A stretch of 25,322 nucleotides of DNA, from assembly GCA_040386535.1 (NCBI GenBank), contig JAZKFH010000008.1, positions 43,646-68,967 on the forward strand. The letters run 5' to 3'. A program made the translations under genes and the position numbers. Below the pieces are notes generated by a model. It was not told the origin of the DNA. It saw only the letters and a program-made list of their open reading frames with translations, and ran no database searches. Each line of letters opens with the position of its first letter. The first letter of the stretch is position 1. Positions 8,030 to 16,763 of the stretch are shown here, in pieces. The stretch comes from Myxococcota bacterium (GTDB lineage Bacteria; Myxococcota_A; UBA796; SXON01).

Positions 8030-9405
8030 AGTCGACCTTCCGCCCGCACGCCACCGCCTCTTCGTTGAGCCTGTGGCAGGCGATGCGCGAGGCCGCCGTG
8101 CCGGTCGTGGCCTACCACGCGTGCTGCCTGTTCGCGTTCCTGGCCTTCTCCGGCGTGGTGATCCTCAACAGCGGCGGAGACCCGAGCAGCATCGTGATCC
8201 TGCTCGGGCTCGGCCTGATCAACTTCACCGGCATCGTCGTCGGCCAGATCCTCGCGTTCCTGCGCGCCCGCACGTGGATCATCGTCCTGTTCGGCGCGGC
8301 TTGCTGGATGGCGTCGATCGCCGCGGTCGCGGCCGGCGCGGCGGGGCTCGGCACGCTGGGCGTCGTGATCGCGTTGGGGCTCTGGCTCTTTCCGATCGCG
8401 CTCACCGGCGGGTTGTGGAGCCTCGAGACGCACCGCGCGTTGTGGTCGTCCTGGGTGCCGCTGCTCTACGCCACGGCCGCGGTCCTGACCTGGACCGAGT
8501 TCCGCGGCACGGTCGCCAACTGGTTTGCCGGCGACAAGTGGGCCCTCTGGGACATCGTCAGCGTCGCGATCCTGGGGGTGACTGTCGCGCTCCTGTTGTT
8601 GTACCTGGTCTCCCGGGAGACCCACCGACTGGCGCTCTGGCGGCGCGGCCCCACGGCCCCGCTGGCGCCGAGCCTGAAGGAGAAGGGCGCGTCGCGGCCG
8701 CGCCTCACGTTCTTCTCGATGGTCGTGTTGATGGGCATGGCGGGGGTGCTGACCATCGCGACCGCGATCGTGTCGCCGTACCTCTGGCGCACGGGGGACG
8801 AGGGCGATCGGGAGGGGCAGGGCGAGGGCGAGGGCGAGACGGAGGAGCCGAGAGAGTACGAGCCGGCCGAGGCGCCCTCGGAGCCGTCCGACAACGAGTT
8901 CCTGCGGAAGCTCGGCGAGGGGATGAAGGAGATGGCGGAGCAGGTGGTGGAGGCCGGCTCGCGGTCCGCCGGCTCGATCTGCACGCTCCTGACGCTGTTG
9001 CTGCTCGGTTTTCTCGGCTTCCTCATCGCGTACCGGCCGCTCAAGCGCCTGTTCCTGATCCGGCACCTGAAGGACCCGCTGTGGGACGTGCCGGCGACGA
9101 CGCGCATCGAGCACGGCTGGCGCCTCGTCGAGATCGCGATGGGCGACGCCGGGGTGTACCCCCGCCCTGGAGAGGACGCCGCGGGGCTCGCACGGCGCGC
9201 GGGGCCCATCCTCCAGCGGCTCTCGCTGGTCGAGGTGCACGGGCTCGAAGACGCCGCCGAGGTGGCCGACCGCGTGCGCTTCGGCCTGGGCGTGGGGCCC
9301 GAAGACCTCGAGGTGATGCAGCGCTTCTCGGGCTGGGCGATGGACACCGTGTGGGAACGGCTGGGCGACCGCGAGCAGGTGCGCTGCCTGTACCGGGAGC
9401 TGTAG
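8026..9405 (+). CDS. Polytopic membrane protein with C-terminal helical (DUF4129-like) domain
   Basis: ATGA overlap with the DUF58 stop; many hydrophobic helices, acidic GEGEGE linker, a last TM, then HGWRLVE...G..PRPGED...ADRVRFG. Confidence 0.75.
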   Translation: MKSTFRPHATASSLSLWQAMREAAVPVVAYHACCLFAFLAFSGVVILNSGGDPSSIVILLGLGLINFTGIVVGQILAFLRARTWIIVLFGAACWMASIAAVAAGAAGLGTLGVVIALGLWLFPIALTGGLWSLETHRALWSSWVPLLYATAAVLTWTEFRGTVANWFAGDKWALWDIVSVAILGVTVALLLLYLVSRETHRLALWRRGPTAPLAPSLKEKGASRPRLTFFSMVVLMGMAGVLTIATAIVSPYLWRTGDEGDREGQGEGEGETEEPREYEPAEAPSEPSDNEFLRKLGEGMKEMAEQVVEAGSRSAGSICTLLTLLLLGFLGFLIAYRPLKRLFLIRHLKDPLWDVPATTRIEHGWRLVEIAMGDAGVYPRPGEDAAGLARRAGPILQRLSLVEVHGLEDAAEVADRVRFGLGVGPEDLEVMQRFSGWAMDTVWERLGDREQVRCLYREL

Positions 9406-9408
9406 CCG

Positions 9409-9747
9409 CTACTCGGGGGCCGGCGCCTTCGTAGCGGCGCCCGCGGCCGCGCCCTGCACCGCGCCCGGCGAGGTGGCCTGGGCGGCGCCCTGTGCCACGG
9501 CAGGGGTGCCCTCGGTGGCTGGGGGCGCCTCGAGCGCCTCCAACCGTGCGTCGAGCGCCTTGATGCGCCGCTCGAGCTCGACATCGCGCCGCGCGGCCCG
9601 CACGTCGAGCTCGACGGCTCCCACGGTGACGGCCTTGAGCTCGTTGTAGACGAAGATCGTGTACGCGAGGGACAGCAGCGCGGTGATGGCGGCCACCGCC
9701 ACGATGGTCGGGATGTTCTCCGGTGCGATGACGCTACGTTCGGACAT
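9409..9747 (-). CDS. Small single-pass membrane protein with coiled coil
   Basis: AAGGAG RBS; TM IVAVAAITALLSLAYTIFVY; heptads ELERRIKALDARLEALE; 15 nt after the upstream gene's stop. Confidence 0.7.
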   Translation of the reverse strand: MSERSVIAPENIPTIVAVAAITALLSLAYTIFVYNELKAVTVGAVELDVRAARRDVELERRIKALDARLEALEAPPATEGTPAVAQGAAQATSPGAVQGAAAGAATKAPAPE

Positions 9748-9762
9748 CCCGGCTGCTCCTTC

Positions 9763-10992
9763 CTAGAGGTACCACTCCGCGCCGACGGTCACGGAGCCCT
9801 GGTAGAAGCCCCAGTATCGCGCGCTGTAGGGGATGTTGGCCCCGAGCACGATCACGATCGGCTTCTTGTCGTGCATGATGATCGGGCCGTCCTTGTTCGC
9901 GAGCAGGGTGGGGAAGCCGCCCTTGCTCGGGACGAACTTCATGCCGAAGCTCGCCACCATGAACTGGAAGGTCTTGAAGTCCTGCGAGCCGAGGTACTTC
10001 ATCGTGCCCGTGGTCTCGAGGTAGGCGTAGACCACCTCGTTCGCGCGGAGCTCGGCGTTGAAGCCGTAGAAGAGGCGCAAGCCCGCGGGGTCGCGGAGCT
10101 CGGCGTCGATCCCGACCTCGGCCTGGAGGTAGAGCCCCTGGAGCACGGGGAGCCGCTGGCCCGCCATGATCGCCGGGCGCAGCACCGGGAAGGTCGGGCC
10201 GGTGTTGAGCTTGAAGTCGAGCGCGCCGGACAGGACCGTGTTGGTGCGGGCCGACTTGATGATGCCGTACTTGGCGCCGAGCGCGATGGCGGGGCCGGTC
10301 ACGTCCTGGTCGATGCCGGCGTGCACGGAGAAGTTCCGGAGGATCTGGAATTCCGCGTCGAGGTGCGGCGCGAACCAGTTCGGGATGCCGATCTCGACGG
10401 TGCCGCCGATCCGCGTCCGCGGGTCGGCCGAGCCGAATTGTAAAGGTGAGGTGAAGTTCAACTCACGGTTGGCTGCATCCTCCCGGCGGGCGCCCTTGTC
10501 GCTGCCGGGGACGCGCTCGCCGAACAATTCGGCGGAGAGCTCCTCGGTGCGGGTCTCGATGCGCTCCCGGAACAGGGACTTGGGGTACTTCTTGAGGTAC
10601 GCCTCCCAGGCGATCAGCTCCTCGTCGGGGGTGACCTCGAGCAGCTTCTTCTGGGTGTCCCGGTAGATCTGGGCAGTGTCCTCGCCGGGGCCGCGGGGCT
10701 TGACCGTCTCCTGGTCCTCCTCGTCGCGGAACTCCAGCTCGTCCTCTTCCTCATCGTTGAAGTCGAGATCGTCCGGTTCGGCCTCTTCTTCTCCCTTGTC
10801 GCCCTCTTCGAGGCGCTTCGGGGTCGGGACGTCGTCCCCCTCCTCTTCGAAGTCCCCCTCATCGGGCATGGGTTCGTCAGAATAGTCCTCTTCCTCTTCG
10901 CTCTTTTCCTTGTCCTTGTCCTTGGGCGCGGCAAAAGCCGGGCCCGCGGCGAAGAGGGCGAGGAGGGCGGTGAGGCCGACTAGACGATGCAT
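9763..10992 (-). CDS. Exported protein: acidic disordered N-terminus, short helical module, probable C-terminal outer-membrane beta-barrel
   Basis: Start ATG 10992 after GGAG; signal MHRLVGLTALLALFAAGPAFA; E/D-rich tract; WEAYLKKYPKSLF helix pair; alternating beta-strands ending SVTVGAEWYL. Confidence 0.7.
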   Translation of the reverse strand: MHRLVGLTALLALFAAGPAFAAPKDKDKEKSEEEEDYSDEPMPDEGDFEEEGDDVPTPKRLEEGDKGEEEAEPDDLDFNDEEEDELEFRDEEDQETVKPRGPGEDTAQIYRDTQKKLLEVTPDEELIAWEAYLKKYPKSLFRERIETRTEELSAELFGERVPGSDKGARREDAANRELNFTSPLQFGSADPRTRIGGTVEIGIPNWFAPHLDAEFQILRNFSVHAGIDQDVTGPAIALGAKYGIIKSARTNTVLSGALDFKLNTGPTFPVLRPAIMAGQRLPVLQGLYLQAEVGIDAELRDPAGLRLFYGFNAELRANEVVYAYLETTGTMKYLGSQDFKTFQFMVASFGMKFVPSKGGFPTLLANKDGPIIMHDKKPIVIVLGANIPYSARYWGFYQGSVTVGAEWYL

Positions 10993-11133
10993 ACAGTCTC
11001 CGAGGGCGGGCGGCGGAGGATAATACAGACAGGCGATGGGCGCGACGCCTGCGTGGGGCCGCACCCCCCACGGAGAGGGGGTGCGCGACACCATCGGCGC
11101 ATCGAGAGGGGCTTTCGAATGGAAGGAACGGCC

Positions 11134-11742
11134 GTGACGACGGAGGATGCCGGGCGTGCGGAAGAGGTGCGGGCGTGGCTCGTGCAGCTCCGCGGTGGCG
11201 CGCCGTTCCTCTCCGCGGCGGACGGCAAGCTCCTGGTGGACTGGCTGGACGCGAAGATCCCCGTGCCGACCATCCTCCACGGCATCGAGGTCGTCGCCGA
11301 GCGCCGCCGGGCGAAGCGCACGCGCACGCCCTTCTCGTTGATCAGCTGTCGCGCGACCATCGAGAAGCTGGCGCGCTCCGGCGGCGGCTGGCGTACCCCG
11401 GCTGACCTGGTGGCGGCCCTGGCGCCGGCCGATCCCGATGCCTTCGTGACGGCGGCGCTCCTGGAGCTGGCCGCGGTCACCGGAGCGGACCCGGAGGCGC
11501 GCGCGCGGGAGGCCTGCGCGGTCCTCCGGCGCTTCCACGCACGCGTGTGGGACGGCCTCGGCGACGAGCGCGCCACCCTGCTGGGCGAGGCCGCGGAGGA
11601 CCTCGCGGCGCTCAAGGATCTCATCGGGCACGAGGGCTTCGAGCGCGCGTGCGAGGAGCACGCACGGGATCGGGTCCGGGCACGCTACCCTACGTTGTCG
11701 GCCACACGCGTGTGGGAGGAGTTCGGGCTTGGAGTGGTCTGA
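11134..11742 (+). CDS. Hypothetical protein with DnaD/DnaB_2-like N-terminal helical motif
   Basis: GGAAGGA RBS before GTG 11134 (alternative ATG 11119); LRGGAPFLSAADGKLLVDWLDAKIPVPTILHGIE pattern; overlaps the downstream ATPase start. Confidence 0.6.
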   Translation: MTTEDAGRAEEVRAWLVQLRGGAPFLSAADGKLLVDWLDAKIPVPTILHGIEVVAERRRAKRTRTPFSLISCRATIEKLARSGGGWRTPADLVAALAPADPDAFVTAALLELAAVTGADPEARAREACAVLRRFHARVWDGLGDERATLLGEAAEDLAALKDLIGHEGFERACEEHARDRVRARYPTLSATRVWEEFGLGVV

Positions 11743-12538
11743 AGGTTTTCGTGTCGTGGGGGACGCGGCGCGTGGGCTCGCGCGGGCCGAGGTGGTCGCG
11801 GGGCCGGTGTGCCCGTTCTGCGCGGGTGTGGGGCGGCGTGAGCTCGAGATCGGCGGCGTCATCCGGGTCGGCAAGTGCCGGTGCCAGCGCGTGGTCGATC
11901 GCGTCTCCCTCTTCAACGCCGCGGGCGTGCCCGCCCGGCATGCCGACAGCACGATGGAGACCTTCCAGCAGGAGCTCCCCATCCCCAACCCCGCGTGGAA
12001 GTACACCCGGGCCTGGCTCGACGCGTTCCGGCCCGGCCAGGAGGCCCGCGGGCTGGTCCTGCACGGGGACCCGGGCCGCGGCAAGACCCACCTGATGGTG
12101 GCCGCCGTGCGGGAGCTCATCTTCCGCCACGGCGTGTCCGTGCGCTTCGTCGAGTTCACCCACCTCTTGAGCCGCATCCGCGAGGGCATTGACCGCAACG
12201 ACGGCGACGCGACCACGCTCACCCCGCTCGTGCAGGTGCCCGTGCTCGCGATCGACGAGCTCGGGAAGGGCCGCAAGACCGACTGGGAGCAGACGATCAT
12301 CGACGAGATCATCACCCGCCGCTACAACGCCGGCGGCGTGCTGCTCGCGACGACCAACTTCCCCCTCCGCGCGGTGGAGGGCAAGGCGCGCGCGCCGTCC
12401 TCCAGCCTCGCCACCGGCGGCCTGGAGACCCTCGCGGAGCGCCTGGGCGAGCGCGTGTTCAGCCGCCTCCGCGAGACCATCCAGTTCGCGCCCGCGCTGG
12501 GGGAGGACTACCGCGCGATCCGCGGGATGACGCGGTAG
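11729..12538 (+). CDS. DnaC/DnaI/IstB-like AAA+ ATPase (helicase-loader family) with N-terminal Zn-binding motif
   Basis: TTG start after GGGAGGAG; CPFC-x18-CRC; AGVPARH; GLVLHGDPGRGKTHL (Walker A); VLAIDELG (Walker B); RYN..., TTN, RLGERVFSRLRE. Confidence 0.9.
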   Translation: MEWSEGFRVVGDAARGLARAEVVAGPVCPFCAGVGRRELEIGGVIRVGKCRCQRVVDRVSLFNAAGVPARHADSTMETFQQELPIPNPAWKYTRAWLDAFRPGQEARGLVLHGDPGRGKTHLMVAAVRELIFRHGVSVRFVEFTHLLSRIREGIDRNDGDATTLTPLVQVPVLAIDELGKGRKTDWEQTIIDEIITRRYNAGGVLLATTNFPLRAVEGKARAPSSSLATGGLETLAERLGERVFSRLRETIQFAPALGEDYRAIRGMTR

Positions 12539-12581
12539 CCGTCGGCGGCCTTGCTCGCTCGGGGCAGCCCCGCGTACGCGC

Positions 12582-15500
12582 TCACTCGCCGCCGGGTGTC
12601 TCGGGCGCGTCCTGCACGCGCTCCACCGGGTCCTCGCCGCCGGCCACGCCCTTGCGGACCGGGGCCTTGTTCATCGCGGGCTTCGTGTCGGCCTTGCCAG
12701 CCTTCTGCGTGGCGGGCTTCTTCACGGCGGGCTTGGGCGCGGGCTTCTTCGGGATGACCGTGTCGGCCTTCTCGGGATCGATGTCGAGGCGCAGATCGCG
12801 GATCTCTTCGGCGGCCCGGCGGGTCCATGACAGGGTCGCGTCGATCGAGAGGGCGGCGGAGTAGGCGCGGTAGGCGCCCTCCCAGTCCTCGGCGGCCCGC
12901 GCGGCGTCACCCTGGGCGACCAGGCGCTGTGCGAGCGGCGTGGCCATCTCCACCAGCACGTCGTCGTGATGGTCGAGCTTGCGGGCCTCGGCGAGGACGC
13001 GCGCCTGGGCGAGCGGCTCGGCCTGCGTGCCCGCGCGGGCCACGAGGCAGCGTACGCGGGCGGTGGTCACCGCGTCCACGTGGGTGAGGAACCAGCGGTC
13101 GTTGCGGGCCACGTGGCGGCGCGCGTTGCGGAACGAGTCCGCCGCGCCCTCGCAGTCGCCGGCCGCGGCCAGCGTCAGCGCGGCCTCGTAGTCCGCGTCC
13201 GCCGCGGCGAGGACCGCGTCGGGGCCCACGATGTGCACGACGCCCTGCTGGCGCCACTCGCCGGTCATGAAGCGGGCGGGCGGGAGATCGGTGGGCGCCG
13301 CTCCCTCGGGCACCGGGATGCCCTCGGGGGCGACTTCGGGAAGCGCGGCCGCGACGGGCGTGTACGGCAACACGACGCCGGACTTCTCGTCGAGCACGAC
13401 CAGGCCGAAGTCGTAGGTGCCGGCGGGGAGGGACTCTGGGAGCGCGATGTTCCAGTCGCCGCGCACGCGCTCGTGGGGCGCCCAGTCCTTCGGGTCGTAC
13501 CAGTCGTAGCCGGGGGCGACCTCGGCCACGTGCGCCACGCCGGCCTCGTTCGCGAGGAAGGCGAGGACGCGGAAGCCCTCTTCGCGGGGCCCCGCCTCAG
13601 GGGTTGCGGCGCGCCAGGAGGTCGACACGTAGAGCTTGCCGCCGGCCGCGACCTCGGGCGAGGGAAGGGCCCACGTTTCGAGCGTGACGCCGCCGTCGAA
13701 GGGCACCTGCCGCTCGCCGGGAGCCGCGGGGCCGGTGGAGACGAGGTGCTCCTTGCGGACGTGGTTGCCGACGTGGAGCGAGCGCTTCCCCGAGGGGTAG
13801 CCGGGGATCTCGACGTACTCGTTCCACTGGTCGTTCAGGTGGATCTTGCTCTGGCGCGCCCACGAGCCGTGCACGTGGGCGAAGTCGGGCTTCCGCTCCT
13901 CGAACACGTACTCGGTGACGAACTTCTTGTTGTACTTGCGATGGTGGGCCATCGGCACGTCGACCAGGCCGGCGATGTCGACGATGTCCCAGCCGGACCA
14001 CCACATGTGGGCGCCCATGTCGACGTCCATGAGCGTGACCTGCTCGAGGCCGAGGCGGCGCTGCACCCACGTCATGTACTTGACGCGCTTGTGCACGTCA
14101 CGCGGGGCGGTCTCGGGGTTGTTCGCGAAGGTCCACGACCCGTTCACGTTGGGGAACGCGAGGGCGATCGCGATGGGCGTGGCCCAGAGGGCGCTCACCG
14201 GCAGCCAGCCCGCGAGGGTGCGCCCGGCGAAGGGGAGCCGCGCCGCGAGCGCGCCGATGCCGACGCCGAGCAGGGTGAACAGCGGCACGCTGGTCATCGA
14301 GAACCAGCGCAGGCCCTTCATCCAGTCGCCGCCGGACCACACGCAGAAGAACACGCCCGAGCAGAACGCGGCCCAGAGGAGCCCGCGGGCCTCCCAGCCG
14401 CGGCGCCCGAAGGTGACGAGCCCGAGCAGCGCGCTGCCGCCGAGCAGGAACCAGATCCGGGCGTCGCTCCAGTTGCGCGACAGGATGCGTGACCACTCGC
14501 CGGTCCAGCCCGCGGGGATGCCGGTCCGCCCGTCCCACAGGAGGAACACCGCGTACATGATGAGCAGCAACGCGCCGACCCACCGGCGCCACGTCGAGAG
14601 GCCGGTGAGCGCGACCACGACCAACGGTGCGGCGAAGACGATGCCGTACTGGGTCGTGTACTCCTTGACCTGCTTCCAGCCGCCCTGGGTCCAGCCGAAG
14701 GGGCGGAACACCTTCTCCTTCGCGTAGTAGGTGTTGGGGAACCACCACGCGAAGTAGTCGTAGCGCCACGCGTTGTACGCGGCGTAGGGCACGGCGAACG
14801 CGAGCACCCAGAGCGGGAGCGCACGCCACTGCCGACGGGCCACCGTGCCGAGCACCCGGGTGAAGAGGCCGATCGCCGCGTAGGCGATGCCATCCGGGCG
14901 GGTCATCGAGAGCCCGAAGAACGCGAGGGCGCTCCAGGGCACCGGGTGGTCGTCCTGGATCTCGCGCACCAGGGCCCACATGCCGGCCGCGAGGAGCACG
15001 TTGAACAGGGAGTTCTCGAGGCCCGAGGCGTTCCATAGGACGAACTGGGTCGAGCACGCGAGCAGGAACGGGGCGAGCACCGCGAGCGGATCGTTGGCCT
15101 CGGGACGCGCGCGCCGGGCGAGGCCCCAGGCGAAGAACAGCGTGATGCCGCCGAACACGGCGCCCATCAGCTTCGGGGAGGTCCAGACCGGCACGCCGAC
15201 GGCGTAGAAGGCCGCGATGAGGAAGGTCCACAACGCGTTGGAGTAGCCCTCCACGCGCTCGCCGCCCGGGTAGGCCACCAGCCCTTCGCCCTCCGCGAGG
15301 TTGCGGGCGTAGGCGAACGAGATCGCGCTGTCCTCGATGTAGAACGGCTGCGGCAGGCAGAACACGAGGTAGTGCCCGAGGTAGAGCACCACGCACAGGA
15401 GGACCACGAAGATCTGGGTGCGCTCGGAAGCCTCACGCGTCATCCACAGATCCCCGACCCGCTGACGCAGGCGCCCCAATCGCTCACCCACCCGCTCCAC
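12582..15500 (-). CDS. Large GT-C-fold polytopic glycosyltransferase-like protein (AftB/ArnT-like) with periplasmic Ig-like and TPR-like C-terminal domains
   Basis: EDSAISFAYARNLAEGEGLV..PGGERVEGYSN.LW, SGLENSL, TRPDG, PNTYYAK, GGDWM, DIAGLVD; C-terminal LPAGTYDFGLVVLD beta domain, helical repeats, Lys/Pro tail. Confidence 0.75.
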   Translation of the reverse strand: MERVGERLGRLRQRVGDLWMTREASERTQIFVVLLCVVLYLGHYLVFCLPQPFYIEDSAISFAYARNLAEGEGLVAYPGGERVEGYSNALWTFLIAAFYAVGVPVWTSPKLMGAVFGGITLFFAWGLARRARPEANDPLAVLAPFLLACSTQFVLWNASGLENSLFNVLLAAGMWALVREIQDDHPVPWSALAFFGLSMTRPDGIAYAAIGLFTRVLGTVARRQWRALPLWVLAFAVPYAAYNAWRYDYFAWWFPNTYYAKEKVFRPFGWTQGGWKQVKEYTTQYGIVFAAPLVVVALTGLSTWRRWVGALLLIMYAVFLLWDGRTGIPAGWTGEWSRILSRNWSDARIWFLLGGSALLGLVTFGRRGWEARGLLWAAFCSGVFFCVWSGGDWMKGLRWFSMTSVPLFTLLGVGIGALAARLPFAGRTLAGWLPVSALWATPIAIALAFPNVNGSWTFANNPETAPRDVHKRVKYMTWVQRRLGLEQVTLMDVDMGAHMWWSGWDIVDIAGLVDVPMAHHRKYNKKFVTEYVFEERKPDFAHVHGSWARQSKIHLNDQWNEYVEIPGYPSGKRSLHVGNHVRKEHLVSTGPAAPGERQVPFDGGVTLETWALPSPEVAAGGKLYVSTSWRAATPEAGPREEGFRVLAFLANEAGVAHVAEVAPGYDWYDPKDWAPHERVRGDWNIALPESLPAGTYDFGLVVLDEKSGVVLPYTPVAAALPEVAPEGIPVPEGAAPTDLPPARFMTGEWRQQGVVHIVGPDAVLAAADADYEAALTLAAAGDCEGAADSFRNARRHVARNDRWFLTHVDAVTTARVRCLVARAGTQAEPLAQARVLAEARKLDHHDDVLVEMATPLAQRLVAQGDAARAAEDWEGAYRAYSAALSIDATLSWTRRAAEEIRDLRLDIDPEKADTVIPKKPAPKPAVKKPATQKAGKADTKPAMNKAPVRKGVAGGEDPVERVQDAPETPGGE

Positions 15501-15521
15501 TCCCGCTCGGCCGGCAGCCGA

Positions 15522-16238
15522 TCACATGGTCTTCTTGACGCCGGCGCCCTCGGCCGCGCCCTGGCGGGCCGCCATCTGCCGCTTGAGCTCGTCGAGCTGG
15601 GAGCGGGCGGTCACATCGCCCGTCTTCTCCTTGATCTTCTTCAGCCGCGCGTCGAGCGAGTCGCTCTTGATCTCGGTCCCGACGTCGGCCTGGGCCTGCG
15701 TCTTGTGGATGTTCTCGCGCACGTTCTCGAGCTGCTTGATGTCCGCGTCGGTGGAGAGGCCGTCGAGCGTCTCCTGGATCTGGATGCGCGCCTCGGCCGT
15801 GGCCTTCTTGGCGAGCATCTCGTCCCGCTCGCGACGGAGCTTCTCGATCTCGCCCTGGAACGCGACGAGCGACTCCTTGGCTTCCTCCGCCTGCTTGCTC
15901 ACCTTCTCGAGCTCGACCCGCAGCGTCTCGATGGCGCTGTCGAGCTCGTTCTTCTTCTGCAGCAGGATGAGGGCGACCTCGTCGTCCCCGCTCTCGACCG
16001 CCACGGGAAGCTGCGCGTTGACCTCGCGGAGCTCGCGCTCCTTGGTCTCGAGCTCGGTCGTGAGCTTGTTGCGCAAGTACACGATGCCGCCGACCGCCTT
16101 CTTCAGGTCACGGTGGCGCTTGATGCGGTTGTCGATCGCCTGTTCGTAGACGATCTCCGGGTTCTTGTTCTCGACGTCGGAGATCCACAGGCTCCAAAAG
16201 CCCTTCCAGAGATTGCCGATCCGGTCGAAGAAACCCAT
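15522..16238 (-). CDS. pspA: PspA/IM30 family protein
   Basis: ATG 16238 after GAGGAG; amphipathic MGFFDRIGNLWKG; ENKNPEIVYEQAI; A..SGDDE.A; long coiled coil; LDELK. Confidence 0.9.
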   Translation of the reverse strand: MGFFDRIGNLWKGFWSLWISDVENKNPEIVYEQAIDNRIKRHRDLKKAVGGIVYLRNKLTTELETKERELREVNAQLPVAVESGDDEVALILLQKKNELDSAIETLRVELEKVSKQAEEAKESLVAFQGEIEKLRRERDEMLAKKATAEARIQIQETLDGLSTDADIKQLENVRENIHKTQAQADVGTEIKSDSLDARLKKIKEKTGDVTARSQLDELKRQMAARQGAAEGAGVKKTM

Positions 16239-16310
16239 GGACGCTCCTCTACCTTGAACCCAGGACGGGCGACCCGAGACGGGCCCCGACATAACGCTTG
16301 ACCTTGTCCC

Positions 16311-16763
16311 ATGTTAACGTCGCGCGTGCTTTTCTTCGTCACCGTCCTGCTCGCGTCCGCCCTGCATCCGGCCTTCGCGGCCGGAGAGCCCCCTGTTGCC
16401 GAGGCGGGGTTGGGGCTCATCGCCTACGTCGGGGACACGGTGATCCTCGACGGGTCCGCCTCCTTCGACCCTGAAGGGGACCCCATCGTCTACACGTGGG
16501 CGTTGGTCGGCGGCCCGCCGACCGAGCTCCAACAGGGAGACACCGCGCAGCCGCGGTTCCTCGTGACCGAGGCGGGTACCCTGCGGTTCAGCCTCGTCGT
16601 GAACGACGGCACGTCCGACAGCGTGGCCGACCCGGTCGAGGTCGTCGTGCCGCACGAGCGGATCGAGGGCGTGGAGACCGGCTGCGTCACGGGCGGCGGT
16701 GCGCCGGGGCTCGGCCTCGCGGCGGTCGCGCTCGTCTTCGCGCTCCGTCGCACACGCCGGTGA
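16311..16763 (+). CDS. PKD/REJ-like (Ig) domain protein with MYXO-CTERM-like sorting tail
   Basis: Signal peptide; PPVAEAG..., VILDGSASFDPEGDPIVYTW, FSLVVNDG; tail GC-VTGGGAPGLGLAAVALVFAL-RRTRR. Alternative start GTG 16326. Confidence 0.85.
   Translation: MLTSRVLFFVTVLLASALHPAFAAGEPPVAEAGLGLIAYVGDTVILDGSASFDPEGDPIVYTWALVGGPPTELQQGDTAQPRFLVTEAGTLRFSLVVNDGTSDSVADPVEVVVPHERIEGVETGCVTGGGAPGLGLAAVALVFALRRTRR

Noticed and set aside
10993..12315. N-terminal extension of the 850-aa ORF 9763..12315
   Set aside because: Antisense to the DnaD-like/DnaC-like genes; the real start is ATG 10992 with an RBS and signal peptide
11729..12538. IS21 element (istB) or prophage replication module
   Set aside because: No istA/DDE transposase, terminal inverted repeats, integrase or phage genes; the Zn motif and flanking genes fit a resident chromosomal locus
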